A stretch of 64,000 bases of DNA from the human T2T-CHM13v2.0 reference genome, Homo sapiens: NCBI RefSeq assembly GCF_009914755.1, contig NC_060936.1, one strand, 5' to 3'. Made by a program: the position numbers and the translations under genes. The notes beneath the pieces are model-generated. The model did no database searches, was not told where the DNA came from, and saw only the letters and a program-made list of their open reading frames with translations. Positions within the stretch are counted from its first letter, which is position 1. The number at the start of each line of letters is the position of its first letter. Below, in pieces: positions 1-13,667 of the stretch.

Positions 1-151
1 CACACATATGTCTATGTACAGTCATGTATGCATATACACACATATACACTGTACTTAATATATCAACCTCAGTGTGGGCTAAGGAAGCACTCCTTGATTA
101 AAAATATTACTGTTTCCTTAAGAAAATACATGAAAATGCACAATAAGTGGC

Positions 152-1020
152 TGTAGTGGAATATTGCCCCCTACCCCATGTCCACATCTCAATCCCCAGA
201 ACCTTTGAATATGTCACTTTTCATGGTGTATTAGGCTGTTTTCACATTGCTAATAAAGACATACCCAATACTGGGTAATTTATAAAGGAAAGAGGTTTAA
301 TGGACTTACAGTTCCACGTGGCTGGGGAGTCCTCACAATTATGGTGGAAAGTGAAGGGGAAGCAAGACACATCTTACATAGCAGCAAGTAAGAGAGAGCA
401 TGTGCAGGGGAACTCCCGTTTATAAAACCATCAGATCTCATGAGACTTATTTATTACCATGAGAACAGTATGGGAAAGCCCCGCCCCCATGATTCAGTTA
501 CCTCCCACCGGGTCCCTTCCCCGACACATGGGAATTATGGGAGCTAGAATTCAAGATGAGATTTGTGTGGGAACACAGCCACACCAGATCACATAGTAAA
601 AGAGGCTTTGCAGATGCGATTTAGGTTTAAGGACTTGAAGATGATGATATTATCCTGGATTATATGAGTGGACCCAATTTGATTACATGGGTCCTTGAAA
701 GCAGAGAATCTTTCCCAGCTGTGGTCAGAGGATATGATGATGGAAAAATGGTCAGAGAACTGTTACCTTCCTGACTTTGAAAATGGAAGAAGGGAGCTCT
801 GGTAAAACAAATGCAGGTGGCCTCTAGCAGGTGAGAAAGGTAAGGAGACATATTCTCACCTAGAGGCTCCAGCACAGAAAGCGGTTTCTCTGGCACCTGG
901 AATTTTAGCCCAGTGAGAACCCTGATGAACTTCTGACCTCCAGGACTGTAAGATAAACGTTTGTGTTTTAAGTCACTAAGTTTGAGGTAATTTATTACAG
1001 AAGCAATAGAAAACTAATAA
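152..1020 (+). mobile_element. MLT1D-like MaLR LTR, interrupted by a THE1 LTR at 227-591
   Basis: MLT1D-like motifs atgtccacatctcaatccccagaacctttgaatatgt, ctttgcagatgcgatttagg and the 3' end gcaatagaaaactaata; the sequence resumes after the THE1 insert. Confidence 0.85.
227..591 (-). mobile_element. THE1 (B/C/D-type) solo LTR
   Basis: tgtattagg...aaaggaaagaggtttaatggacttacagttccac...cacagccacaccagatca; 5-bp TSD catgg (222-226) / catag (592-596). Confidence 0.92.
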
Positions 1021-2420
1021 AGTGGGATAAGGAGCTGTAATCTTATTTTATTTCAGGTGAGGTTATGAAAAACCTTTGGGTTTTTAGAGCTTTGGGGTTA
1101 TGAATTGCACTTAGGGATTGTAGACCTGTAGAAGGAATCGGGAATCTTGGTATTTTAACTGAATGATCTTATTGGGTGTGAATTTTTAATTCTAGCAGAA
1201 AGCGTTCCTTATAAAAATGTATTTTGGTTGTTACCTTCCCAGTACTTCAGCCTTTGCTGATTTTTTTAAAGTTGTATTAACTTCCGTTGCCTTTATGGAT
1301 CTTATGCTGGATGATGATTTATCCGACCAACTTGGCTGATCATGGGCCTTGGTTCACTGTAAATCAGATTAAGTAATGTATATGAAGGGCCTCACACTCT
1401 AAAGTACTGTGCAAATATACATTGGTCCTTGTTGATTATTTTTATTATTGAGCACCTGCTTTCTGTCCCTCCTTCCTTCTAGGATGGTTGGGGGTTGGAG
1501 GGGAGGAAATACTGCAGGGTGATTTTGTGAGTGTGGCAGTGGTACCGCCCCTTTCTCTGGCTGCCAGAAATCCCTTCCTGTACTCAGTCTTTACACTGTG
1601 TGTGGCTCCAACGGAGGTGGCGACTGGAATGAATGCCTCACCACAGAAAGACTGGATACCCTTGGGCTCACCCATGTTCCTCATTGTTAGCCACCTAATT
1701 GCATGAACATTTTAAGTGAGGAAGAGAGATTATCGATGTTCTGGTTCTTCTCTTGGCAGAATCCAGGGCAAAGTCCACATACTGAAACTTGCTGAGAAAA
1801 TATACCGTAAAGTATAAAGCATATTTTACCATACAGGTCAGCTGTTCACATTACAAATGCAGTATTTGTTTTTCTTGTAATGCTGTGCCATTGTAGTATA
1901 CTCCATTATTATGAAATGATTGTGGCTGTCTGATTCATGTTTGAAGTTTATGTTTTCAGTGATCTATTTCAGAATGATGATATTACCTTTGATTCAAATT
2001 AAACTGCCAACTCTTGTACTGTCCTTAATCTGTAGCTGAATCTTCAGGAACGCCAATTTTCCTATTGATCCTTTTGATGTCCAGTCACTGGAGGAATGTC
2101 ATACTGTGCCTGAAAATTATGCGTGTGGTTGCATTATTGTTTTTCCTTCATTTTTTTTTTAAGAAAACTGATAGGTTTTGAGCTATAGTTTACAATCAAA
2201 TAAGTCCAAACTTTTTTCCTTGTTAAAGACATGTATCTTCTCTTTGCCTTAATATTCTCATTATCCCTGCCCCCAACACAATGCTTTGTCTTTCCAACAT
2301 TTTTGGTATGATACATTTGAAATCTTTTCTTTGCTTTTGATGAAAGTGATTGCAATTCAAATACAACTTGACAACTTTCTCTAGACAAGTCATGTCTTTG
2401 TAATCAATAACAAGATAGTT

Positions 2421-2721
<301 letters not shown>

Positions 2722-3739
2722 CTATTTATGTCAAAGTTTTAAATAACTTTATCTAGACCATGGGCTCAAGTAAAAAATTTAGCATATTAGGAATGCTGTA
2801 GAGAAATTTTCTCACCTGAAATCTATCCTGGAATTGCTATAATACGTAATTATGATTTTGTTTCAATGCTTATTGATTCCACTGAATTCTAGTTGAAGTA
2901 TTTATTTAAAAAGTTGCAGAACCTGGAGAGTGCCTTATTCTTCACACTACAATGTATTAGGCTCAGGCTAGCTGCTGGGGGTGAGTTTGGAGGGAAAAAG
3001 GATGTAGACCTTAATAAGTTTATTTCTAGTATGTGAAGTAAGACTTGTGCAAAGGTGTAGTGCTGTAGAAAAGTATGAGTTTCTGTAGAGAGGAGCAGAT
3101 TAAGGAGGAGAAATCTGGGTAGGAAATGCTGAACGCTTAATGGAAGAAGTGGCATATGAACTATGAAGGGTGGCATTTGGATGTGCAGAGATAGAAGGAA
3201 AGATATTCTAACCGGGAAATGGGGTAGTGAATTATTCAGGCAAAATTCTGTTTACTCTATGGCAAATGGGCCTTTAGGAGTCACCCTCACCCTGCCCTGC
3301 CTTGCATCCAGTTGTCTTCACCACACCTTCCAGCTGTGTTGAGCTATAGGGAGTGTCCTGCAGGTGTCAAACTCTTTCCACTTCGAAACTGTGTGAACAG
3401 ATGAATTTCTGTACAATGAGACTTTCACGTGGAGTTTTTAAGACAATTCATATTAAGGTGTGGGAATTGCTGTTTGTAAATGACTTCTTCATAGTTGTTT
3501 AGTCTGGCCAACCACAAAGTCCTAGCTTTCCAGAGCTTGTATTTAGGGGATGTGTATTGCCTGACTCCACTAATGCCACTTGTACATTCATTCCTCTGCT
3601 TATTCTCAAAGCAGGTCTATTCTGTTCAGTGCTCAAAAGACATGGATGAAAGACAAAATAGTTGCTTCTGAGCTCACCGGTGATGAGAGACTTTTTTTTT
3701 TTTTTTTACTTTTTTGAAAATATAAAACAATCATAGTTG

Positions 3740-4110
3740 TACTTAATGTATGAAGAAAGTGTATGGAAACAGAGGTGGGTGTGACAATTCTGCCTGGTGG
3801 CTAGGCATCAGGGAAGAATGCCCAGAGAGGAGATGCTTGAGCTGAGTCATGAAACATGAGTGGGGGAACGTGCCAGATGGACACAATGGAGGGGGATGTT
3901 TCAGGATATGACTGCAAGTGTACAAAGGGAAGGGAACATGAAAAGTTTGGGGACAGTTAGTCCTCAGGAACAGGACTGTGTGCATGGGACATGTAGAGCA
4001 TGATGAAGCTGGAAGGGTAGGCAGCCCATGTAGTGTATAAATTCTAGATCAAGGGTTTATGCTTCATTCTGGAGGTAGCAGTGATCGTTGAAGGATGTTA
4101 AACAGGGATG
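3740..4110 (-). mobile_element. L2 fragment
   Basis: Purine-rich L2-like motifs (cagggaagaatgcccagagaggagatgcttgagctgagtc; ttgaaggatgttaaacaggg). Confidence 0.6.
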
Positions 4111-4244
4111 CCATATATATATTCCCTTTGAGAACAGGTGTCAGGATGATAACATCTTAATATAAAATTGTTCAATGCAGAAGCAATACTAGGTGTCAGC
4201 TAAGAGCTGAGGCTTCACAATATAACATTTCTTATAGGCGGTAT

Positions 4245-4400
4245 GAATGGGGTCAAATGAACTTCTCCATATCTCAGTTTCTTTATCTGCAAAGTGGGGC
4301 TAATAATAGCAGCTGTCTCTGAATTGGTATGAGAATTAGATGAGCTATTGTTGCCAAAGAATCCAACTATTATAGTAAATGCAATAATCATGTGCATTTA
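4245..4400 (+). mobile_element. MIR
   Basis: Core tctcagtttctttatctgcaaagtggggctaataatagc. Confidence 0.75.
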
Positions 4401-5455
4401 CTATGCATTCTAATTTTATTAAGAATAGTGACTAAGTGTCCAATGAGAAGGTGGTAGAGTGAGAACTGAAAAGCACTTGAAAGTCAATTGGAGTCTGTGT
4501 TTTAACTTACTAATGAAGTCCAGAAGCTATAAGATGAATTTTAAATATTTCTTAATCTGAGGTTGTTTTGTTTACTGGACTGAGCAAAGACAACTGGAAA
4601 ATGAGAAAAGGTAGAAATTAAAAATGCATTGCTAGTGTGGCAAACAAACAGCATCTGGGACCCTGACTGGTATTAGCCTGATTCAGGTGAGGTTATTGAA
4701 ACTCCACTGCACAGTTAATATTATTGTGTCCCCATACTGGCAAAGGTAGAATCATCACAGGGAAATTTACAAAACATAGGGAACGCTGAGGTTGGAAGAG
4801 CTTTACCACCATGACTCAATTGGCCCAGGTCAATGTGGCCTGAAGTCTGGGCCACCAAAATGGTGCAAAGGTTTCCTATGACTTCTGCTGGCCTTTTAGG
4901 GATGAATACTAATCAGTAAAATGTGGATAACCATAAAATTGTATGTTTGAATACTCAAAAATCTCTCATATACTATACTTAGTAACTTAAACATATATTT
5001 AATGAAAAAATTTCAGAAAAGAATGAGGCACAGATTTAGTGCTTCAGCTGGTAAAAGCGTATTAGTGTGTGCAAAGTATTTCACAAACTGCCATGCACAT
5101 TCTAACTATGTGATAATACCTATATGTTAAATATATATATTTGTATTATATATATTACATCTATATCTATATATCACAGGTCTTTCTGTTATTAAAAAGC
5201 AAAATATCATTTTTAAGAAGGAAAGATAGACTGATACTTCATAACATATCTGTGGTTTTGTTAATTATAAGTATATTTTCTTTGCTATTTAAAAAGATGT
5301 TTTGAGTCATCTCCCTAACACTTTAGCAAATTTTAAGGTAATAACCATTATAATTTTTGGCAAGAGAGTGATTTTATTTCATGGGATTTCCAGTTAATAT
5401 TGAAACATTCTATTTTATTGGATAGATAAATCTAAACAGCAGGTCAGGACTTTTA

Positions 5456-5710
5456 TTTTTGTGTTTTGTTTTTTTGAGACGGAGTTTCGCTCAGTTGCCC
5501 AGGCTGGAGTGCAGTGGCGAGATCTTGGCTCACTCCAACCTCCGTCTCCTGGTTCAAGCAATTCTCCTGCCTCAGCCTCCTGAGTAGATGGGACTACAGG
5601 TGCGTGCCACCGTGCCCAGCTAATTTTTGTATTTTTAGTAGAGATAGGGTTTTGCCACATTGGCCAGGCTGGTCTCAAACTCCTGACCTCAAGTGATCCA
5701 CCCACCTTGG
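5456..5710 (-). mobile_element. AluS, 5'-truncated by ~46 nt
   Basis: Antisense Alu ending at ...ccaccttgg; perfect TSD aggactttta (5446-5455 / 5711-5720). Confidence 0.95.
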
Positions 5711-8691
5711 AGGACTTTTAAATGTTTACAACTTCTCATCTAATCTCTCCAATGTTATACAAAGCAGCAGTCAGACCTTGGCCCCTTTTGCTGAGCATTT
5801 ACTTAAAGATTAAAAGATGAATAATTGCTACTCTCCCAGTCATGTGAATCACTAGTACCAAAGGAAGGAACAGTGGAAGTTTTTAATGAGTTGGTGCTGT
5901 TAATAAAAAAAGAGGTGGGTGGTAAATTATATATCCAAGCCCTTGAAAATTAACCTCCAGCACACGTTATTAGTTTCTTTCTTTTTTTTTTTTGCTTAGA
6001 GTTACAGTTTAATTTTTTGATAAAGCAGTTTATTGCCCTCTAAAAGATACTTAAGTTAGAAAAAAGTGTTGCTTATCCGAAAGGATCAATTTATCAATGG
6101 CCGTGTTGTGCTGTTTTTTTCATTTGCATTGTGAACCCCCTTTTAGGGTTCTTGTTAGAAACCTGTGTGGATTTATTTGTAGAGTAGCACACACTGAATT
6201 GGACTTAAGGATTAAATGAATTCCATGAACTAGAAGGATGACCTTGTAAACAGGAAAAGATTTCATTATATGTTTTCCTTGCTATCAGTGTAATAGAATT
6301 TGTGTTGTATGCCTGATGTTCAGACCTTTCTTTTTTATTTTTGCATGAATTATATTAAAAAAAGATTGAAATTTATCATCCAGACAGCAGACAATAAATT
6401 GGCTGAGTTCTAATTGTGAGGATTATAGCACTACATTTTATTTTCCCTCTGTCATGCTCAGCAAATAAATAATCCCGTTTACACTTCAGCCTCCAAAACA
6501 TGCTTGCATCTTTGGGCATGATGGGAATACCACGTGGGCACATAGTTTTATGGTCAGAATCCTAGTTATGTGGATTTTTATTTCTTGTCTATGTAGCCAA
6601 CTAGTGTAAAGTCTGGTATTTTGTGCAGGTATTAAAGCTCTGTTAGACTGAGAGAAGATAAAATAGAGGGGGGATGAAAGAATTTAACTGTCAGTTTCTG
6701 TTTCTGGTGGAAATACAGCCCACTGCTGCTGTATGCTAGAGAGGGAAGCTTTGGAAGCCTCAGAATGATCAAGCCAAATGGTAAAGTTCTAACAGTTTAC
6801 TGCTAATTGATTAGCTTTATGTATAAGGAGGTGCAATTATATGCTATTCCAGCCAACTCTCTTTTTAAAGTTTGTCTGACTTTTAAACCAGATTAATTCC
6901 GTCTGTTCAAAATATCCGCCCCCTGCCACCCCACCCCCGCTTCCGTACAAGGGCCTGATTCATTTGACCAAAGACCTAGGCCATGACAGCCAGCTGTGAC
7001 AATAGGGGGTAAATTAAAATAGCCTATGGCCAGGGTCAGACCATCTCTGAGAGATAATAGAAGAGTCCCTAAGGCCTGGTGAATGAAAGTGTTCAAATTC
7101 TATTGTGTACTCTGGTTAAGAACAATCTATAAAAAGGTAGCATTTAAAGTACATGAGAAGCAATAAATCATTTCCTCTTTCTACAAATTGGTTTAGAGAA
7201 AATCTCTAGGACTACAAAAGGATATTTTACTGTTTCTATGGCAGTTTAATATTAATAGGAAATACTTATTTGGTATATATTGTGTTGTTACATTTATATA
7301 ATTCTTCTGATATTTTTTGGAAAGCCTTTATCATATGATAGCTTCAATTTTGGAAGGTACATAGTATATGTATTTGTCACCAGTTTACATGTAACTAAAC
7401 TGAGGCTTGTAGTAAAGTTCAGAAGTGTGAGTTCCCAAAAATGATTAGTGGTAGAATCGAATTAGAAGCCAGCCCTAATTTCTATACTTTTGAATTGACA
7501 TCTATGATTCAGAAAAGCATGTAGTTGCTTAGGCAATGGGACAGGGATTGTATTACTCATTACTTCTGGGGCATTCTCAACTATGATAGGACTTTAGTCA
7601 TACCTCTACAATGTTGGGAGGAGAGATACATATTTAAAAAGCAATAACAGCAGTTCAAGGGAAAAAACATAATCTACTTGTTTTCTTAGGGGGGCATAAA
7701 TGGAAGGAATTATTTTTACAGAAAACACATCTATCCCACTTGTTTTGGGGATACTGTGTCTTATCTTTGAAATGGGCTTCTGCAAAGTCAATAGTGATGG
7801 CGAATTAGTAGTTGCATGATGCAGTGTTTTCTATATATCATAAATTGGTCAAGTATGATGATTTTTATTTCCATTCTTATTAGAAATGATCATTGTGAAT
7901 AATCTGCCCATTTTTCTCAGGAGTGTATGATTTAAAGTGTCATCATGTTTTTCATTCTCAAAATGGACTAATAAAACCTACCTCTGGAATGAATAAATAC
8001 CTTATTATAGATGTTGAAATTGTATAAATAGGAATGTTCATCCTCTCCTTGAGTGAAGATTTATTATTCCAAACACAAACATTCCCAATCGAAGGGTTTG
8101 AAAGTGTCCTTCAATCAACTCAAGATCATTTTGTATAGCCAGGGTTCAATCAAATACCACTTTTTAATCAGCTAATTACATGAAGCAGAACAGGTTTTCC
8201 TGCCAAACAAATGACTGGGGAGGAATAATTCTCTAAGTGCATATCCTTGAATATTTTTTCCCCAACAAAATAGTCCTGTCAGAAAACCAAGCTCACAAGG
8301 TTAAAGTGATACATGCTTTGGCCAGTTTCTAGGTTTGCTCTTAAACTTCAGTTGGAATTACATCTTGTGGGCACAGACTTGCTGGTTTTAATTTTGAAAT
8401 AGTTTATCATTATTTTAGGAAGAATATGGGAACATTTGAGTGTGTTTGGGAAAGAAAATTAGTTCCTCATTACCTCCCCTGTCCCTGCCAATAAATTCAT
8501 GAATCTTCATGTTTCTCATTCTGCGTTAACCTTTTCTCTCCATCATCCAGATATACTGCGGCTCAGGAAGCCAAGAACAGTCTCCTATTGGACATCATCA
8601 GTTCGTCATAGGGATAATTTCCTGGCCTTCTTAGATAAGAGAGTTCAACTTCCCTGTGGTCTTTTTCTAAAAGATCTTAACTTGTAATCCT

Positions 8692-8845
8692 ACAAAGTTA
8701 ATAGTACATATGTTTATCTCATGGAGGCCCAGGGAGCCAAAAAAGATTTGCACAAGCAGGTTAGTGTTAGAATGCAGAGACAGGAATGCAGGTCTTTTTT
8801 CCTGCCAGATCTTTGGATTTAAACTAGGAAACTCAAAAGTAATGC
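8692..8845 (+). repeat. Inverted duplication, copy 1 (154 bp; partner 13509-13661)
   Basis: Exact reverse complement of 13509-13661 except A6 vs A5 in gagccaaaaa(a)gatttg. Confidence 0.97.
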
Positions 8846-8846
8846 A

Positions 8847-8960
8847 GTTGCCAAGGTGAAATAATCTATTCATCTTCCTACTTACAGTGCAGTCTCAGTT
8901 ACAATAGGAAGTCATATCTCAGTTAGGCATCTATTACACTGAGCACACACAATAAATGTT
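8847..8960 (+). mobile_element. MIR 3' half (5' half at 13668-13810 on the opposite strand)
   Basis: gttgccaaggtgaaataat...cttacagtgc...agcacacacaataaatgtt resembles the MIR 3' end. Confidence 0.6.
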
Positions 8961-10233
8961 TTTAAAGCTTCAAGAGTTGAGAAAATAACATACTGTTCCA
9001 ATCCAGGGACTACTGGAAGATATGCTATAGCTTTTTTCCATCGCTTTCCATTGTTTATTGCCTACTTCTACTACTTAGGTTTTTTGTTGTTGTTGTTGTT
9101 GTTGTGTTTTTCTTTTTTTCTGACACCAGTAGTTTTCATCTGAGCATTAGGAAAATAGCAGAGGTTGATAAGATTTTCTCATGTCAACAACCTAGCATAT
9201 AGCTGGGAACCTGGGAACATACAATATTTGGGCACATGATATATTGATAAGGGGCTTGATATAATGCTTGTTCTTTTCTCTCTGCATCTGCATTTTGTAG
9301 GCAGGCCTCTGGATGTGGAGGCCACATGGCTATGCTGAAGTTAATGTGGCTGGGTCAGCATTTGTGGGACTTCAGTGAGTTTCAGAAGTCTTTTTCCACT
9401 AGCTAGCAAGAAGCCTGTTTGGATGTTGATAGCCCAAATGGGGCTTGGCCCTAAAAGTTAGGGGAAAAGGCAGAGTTCATTTCAGGGAGGCACAGAGAAG
9501 ATCTCATTCTGAAAAGCAATGATAGTGATTACCATGGCAGGTCAGGGATGTCAGCCACAAATCCTAAAGTGTTAACATGGAACACCACTGTAAAGCTTAT
9601 CAACTTGCAGTGCTCCTAAAAATGGAATAAGACTATAAATACATGCCCTAAGGTTCACGTGGCAGTCTACAGACACAAGTAGGAAATTGCTCTGAAATCT
9701 CAGATTTCATACTAGAAATGAATGTAGATTCTGTACTCCATAATTTTTGCTATATTATCCAAACATAAATAAAACAAAACAAAAACATCTAGAAACCAGG
9801 ACCTTATTTATACTGGGGTATTATTCTTGTGTTCTCTGGTATACCTCTCTGGATCAGTTCCAGAGAGTTTTCACATCTCAGTTTTAGTCATAACTCTACT
9901 GAAGAAGAAAAAAAACCTAAATAACTTTTCAAAAGGATCATACAAACAAGCTCTACAGTGTTTGGTTCATATCCAAGGCAAAGAATCAGTGTGGTATAAA
10001 ACAGGAAAAATATCCAGCGACAATTTAAATGTTTTCCAAGCCTGCTATTAGGTTTTAATGGAATTTTTCCTCTGCTGGTGAAACAAATAAAAACAAAAAG
10101 TAAATAAGTGAAACATTTTCTGTTGACAAGAGAAAAATACTGTGTAGTAGGAAGACTCTTAGGAGGCACGTTCTGGTACTGGCTGAACTTCATATGAACG
10201 TGGGACCCTAGGCTGACCTGTGATGTCTCTAGC

Positions 10234-10325
10234 TTGGTGACTATGTAATTTATTGTCTCTTTGTGGAGGTGCTATTCAAACCTGGAGTGTCCTGGTGTCC
10301 CGGGCAAATTGGGCACCCTGTCTTC
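10234..10325. mobile_element. MER94-like hAT-Blackjack MITE
   Basis: ggtgactatgtaatttattgtc ... tgtcccgggcaaattgggcaccctg. Confidence 0.6.
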
Positions 10326-11569
10326 CATTCTTTTTATTTGTTGGCGAATGAGAAGTTTACATTAGGTTAGATGTTTTTAAGCATTCTTTTGTCAGCAAAC
10401 TCAAAATTAAGACAAAGTTCAGTGTGAAGCATGGACGGGGGCAGGATTCCAGTTCCCCACCCTCTCTTCCACACAAACCCCACCCAAGGACTCTGAGGGA
10501 TCCTTGGCATGCAGTTTAAAAATTATGACATTCCATGGTTTATTCCACCCATTATTAGCCTTCAGTTGGAATCACATGCCACATCTTCATGTACAGATGA
10601 TGTTTAGGTAAATGCAAATCCTAACAGAAGAAAGAAGGATGCAATCTCATCTAAGATAAAAGCATCTTCTTATTCAGCTTTGCTTGTTTATGCCTTTCCT
10701 TTCTTAATACATATTTTGTCTATTTGGAGGATGAGTTTGAGTCAGACTTCATTTCTTCTATCCTTTTTAATGCCTTTTATTTGAAAGACTTGAACTTGAA
10801 GAATATAATTTTAGGGGTGGGCCCATATAGAGAGAGCATTTCAAGACAAATATCACATCAGACATTCTTCTGGGTGCCCAAGAAAGCAACTGTGTTGTTA
10901 CCTTACCCTCCATAGTCACCAAGGTGACTATTCCAGGGCTGAGACCTTAAGCAATATGCAGTGTAAAAATGAGGCTATATTCAAGAAGGTATATGCAGGT
11001 CCTCAAGAAGCAGCCCTGACTGGCATTTCCCCAGTGTGAATAATCAGTTTTGATTGTGCCATTTATTCTGTCCCCTTGTTTCTCTGCTGTATTCTTTCCC
11101 ATTCCTAGTCTCTTTATTGCAGATATCTCATCCATCTTCCTGCACCTGATTTGGGAGTGTTGTTCCTAACACCACTCTAACCACTGTGTCTGTATAGTAC
11201 TCTCAGTTAAGCTGCCTCTCCTCTACACATATAACATTCAGGCAGCAGGAAGCCAAGTCCCTTGCAGAGGGAGTGGAATGAACTTGCCACCCCTTCCCAT
11301 GTCACTGATGTACTTGCAGACACACTGCCAAGAGAGATTGTAATATTCCGTGCACACTGGACATCAGCTGGAACAGGAGGGAGGGGAAACAGCTTTTATG
11401 ATAGCTCCTATGTTAGTGCTTTTCCTCAATATTGGCTGGTGCAGGCTTTTGAAATTTTGTGTCTCACACCTCACTGGGGATTATCTGGAGGCCCCTTATT
11501 ATGGATGCTATCAAATTTGTAGGGTTGGTGGTCTTAGACCTGACCCAAGGCACGTAGAAATGCTTCTTT

Positions 11570-11980
11570 TTTTAAATAACATTTACTGGTTTACTATAAG
11601 GGATATTACGAAGGATATAGAAGAAATGCATAGGACAAGGCATAGGGGAAACTTCCATGCCCTCCATGGATGTGCCACCATCCAGGAACCACCATGTGCT
11701 CAGCTATCTGGAAGCTCCCTGAACCCTATTCTCTTGGGTTTTATGGAAGCTTCATGACTCAGCATTCCTTCCTCTAGGGTATGGAGCCAGATCCTCTCTG
11801 GAATGAGGGTCTTATGACCCACAATCAGAAAGGTAAGGAAGATTAGAGCCCTGCCTTGGGACAGGTGAAAGGGAGGCAGGAGAAAGTCAGAGCAGCTCTG
11901 TTTCCTGAGGCTGCCCCTGAGGCTTAACACATCCACCATTATAACAAAAGACTGTAACAAGGGCTATGGAAGTTATGTTC
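11570..11980 (-). mobile_element. MER21A-like ERV LTR fragment
   Basis: ggtcttatgacccacaatcagaaagg...gcccctgaggcttaacacatccaccattataacaaaagactgtaacaagggctatgg. Confidence 0.8.
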
Positions 11981-12248
11981 TGTGGCTTTCTTCTGTTTAG
12001 TTATAAGACAGCCTTGGGCCTAATGACATTCCTGTGTAGATCTGCACATCTTCAGAATTCAGCTGCTTCTTGGCTGATGGTACTTCCCCTTCTGGTTCAT
12101 TTAGTTACCTGGACTATTTCAGGCACAATTATCTAAGAATGAGTGGTTAGAAGACAGTATCTATCTCCAGCTGTTTGATATACAGTAGGAAGCATACAGG
12201 TTGCAGCAGGTAACAAGCATTAGCTGCCATGGCATACTAGAGGGCTGC

Positions 12249-12671
12249 TGTATTAGTCCATTCTGGCACTGCTATAAAGAAATACCTGAGGCTGGGTAAT
12301 TTATGAAGAAAGAGATTTAATTGGCTCACGATTCTGCAGGCTGTGCAGAAAGCATGATTCTGGCATCTGCTTGGCTTCTGGGGAGGCCTCAGGAAACTTA
12401 CATCATGGCCGAAGGCAAAGGGAGAGCCAGCACTTCACATGGCTGGAGCAGACGGAAGGGGGAGGAGGAGGTGCTACACACTTTCAGACAACCAGATCTC
12501 GTGAGAACTTACTCACTATCATGAGAACAGCACCAAGGGGATGGTGCTGAATCATTCATGAAGGATCCACCTCCATGATCCAATCACCTCCCAGCAGGCC
12601 CCAACTCCAACACTAGGTAGATTACAATTCGACTTGAGGTTTGGGCAGGGACACAGATCCAAACCTTATCT
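12249..12671 (-). mobile_element. MSTA solo LTR
   Basis: tgtattagtccattctggcactgctataaagaaatacctgag...ggcatctgcttggcttctggggaggcctcagg...gggacacagatccaaacc. Confidence 0.9.
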
Positions 12672-12814
12672 CCTGTGGTTCCTTGGAGAGGCTTGGAGTC
12701 TCCCTGAGTTACTGCCATCCCTCAAATATAGCTCACCAACCATCATTTATTCAGTGCCTACTATGTGCCATGTGTTTTCCCCACACTTGCCTATTTTCTA
12801 TATTAATAAGGTAA

Positions 12815-13268
12815 TATGTTAGTATCCTATTGCTGCTGTAACAAATCCTACCAATGTAGTAGCTTAGAACAAGACAAATTTATTATCTTACAGTTCTGGA
12901 AGTCAAAAGTTCTAAAGTCAAGGTGAGGTGTAAGCAGGGATGCATTCTTTCCAAAGGTCCCAGGTTCTAGAGGCTACCTGCACTCTTTGGCTTGTGGCTC
13001 CTTCTTCCATCTTTAAAACCAGCAGTGTGCCATCTTCAGATCTCTCTGTCTGACCTCTGCATTTGTCATTCCATCCTCTTCTCTTTCTTTACCTTATGAG
13101 GACCCTTGCAATTACATTGAGTCCATCTGGAATAATCCAGGATAATAATCCTATCACAAGATACTTAATGACATCTTCAAAGTCTCTTTTGACACATAGA
13201 GTAACAGTCATAGGTTCCAGAGATTATGATATGGGCCTCTTTGGGGATGGGGGCCATTCTGTCTACCG
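12815..13268 (-). mobile_element. MLT1 (D-like) LTR
   Basis: cctattgctgctgtaacaaat...tttattatcttacagttctggaagtc...ataatccaggataat...ggccattctgtctacc. Confidence 0.85.
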
Positions 13269-13299
13269 TCGATGGTAATAACTGTCACCACCAGAATGA

Positions 13300-13545
13300 T
13301 AGCAATAGCCAACATGTATTGTGTTCATGTTATACAGGCAAAGCATTGTCTTATTGTAATCTTCACAACAACTGTAAGGAATAGGTAGCAGTATCCTTAT
13401 TTTACAGTTGAAGGCACTGAGAGGCAAGTAACTTGGGAGAGGTTAAGCAACTTGCCTAAAGTCACGCAGCTAGTTAGCTGCAGAAAAAGGATTCAAATCC
13501 AATGCATAGCATTACTTTTGAGTTTCCTAGTTTAAATCCAAAGAT
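13300..13545 (-). mobile_element. MIR (its end appears to run into the duplicated segment)
   Basis: cttcacaacaac...ttttacagttgaaggcactgag...aagtcacgcagctagttag...ggattcaaatcc. Confidence 0.8.
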
Positions 13546-13661
13546 CTGGCAGGAAAAAAGACCTGCATTCCTGTCTCTGCATTCTAACACTAACCTGCTT
13601 GTGCAAATCTTTTTGGCTCCCTGGGCCTCCATGAGATAAACATATGTACTATTAACTTTGT
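13509..13661 (-). repeat. Inverted duplication, copy 2 (153 bp; partner 8692-8845)
   Basis: Base-by-base reverse-complement match to 8692-8845. Confidence 0.97.
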
Positions 13662-13667
13662 TGCTAT

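Noticed and set aside
1968-2045. Possible C/D box snoRNA (ATGATGA 1974-1980 ... CTGA 2036-2039)
   Set aside because: No canonical terminal stem, no internal C'/D' boxes, and no recognisable rRNA or snRNA antisense element.
6917-6941. C-rich tract as a minus-strand G-quadruplex
   Set aside because: Only three runs of three or more G; not a canonical G4.
10912-10931. atagtcacc-aa-ggtgactat near-palindrome as a hormone response element
   Set aside because: Half-sites and spacing do not fit an ERE; 9-bp arms are near chance expectation.
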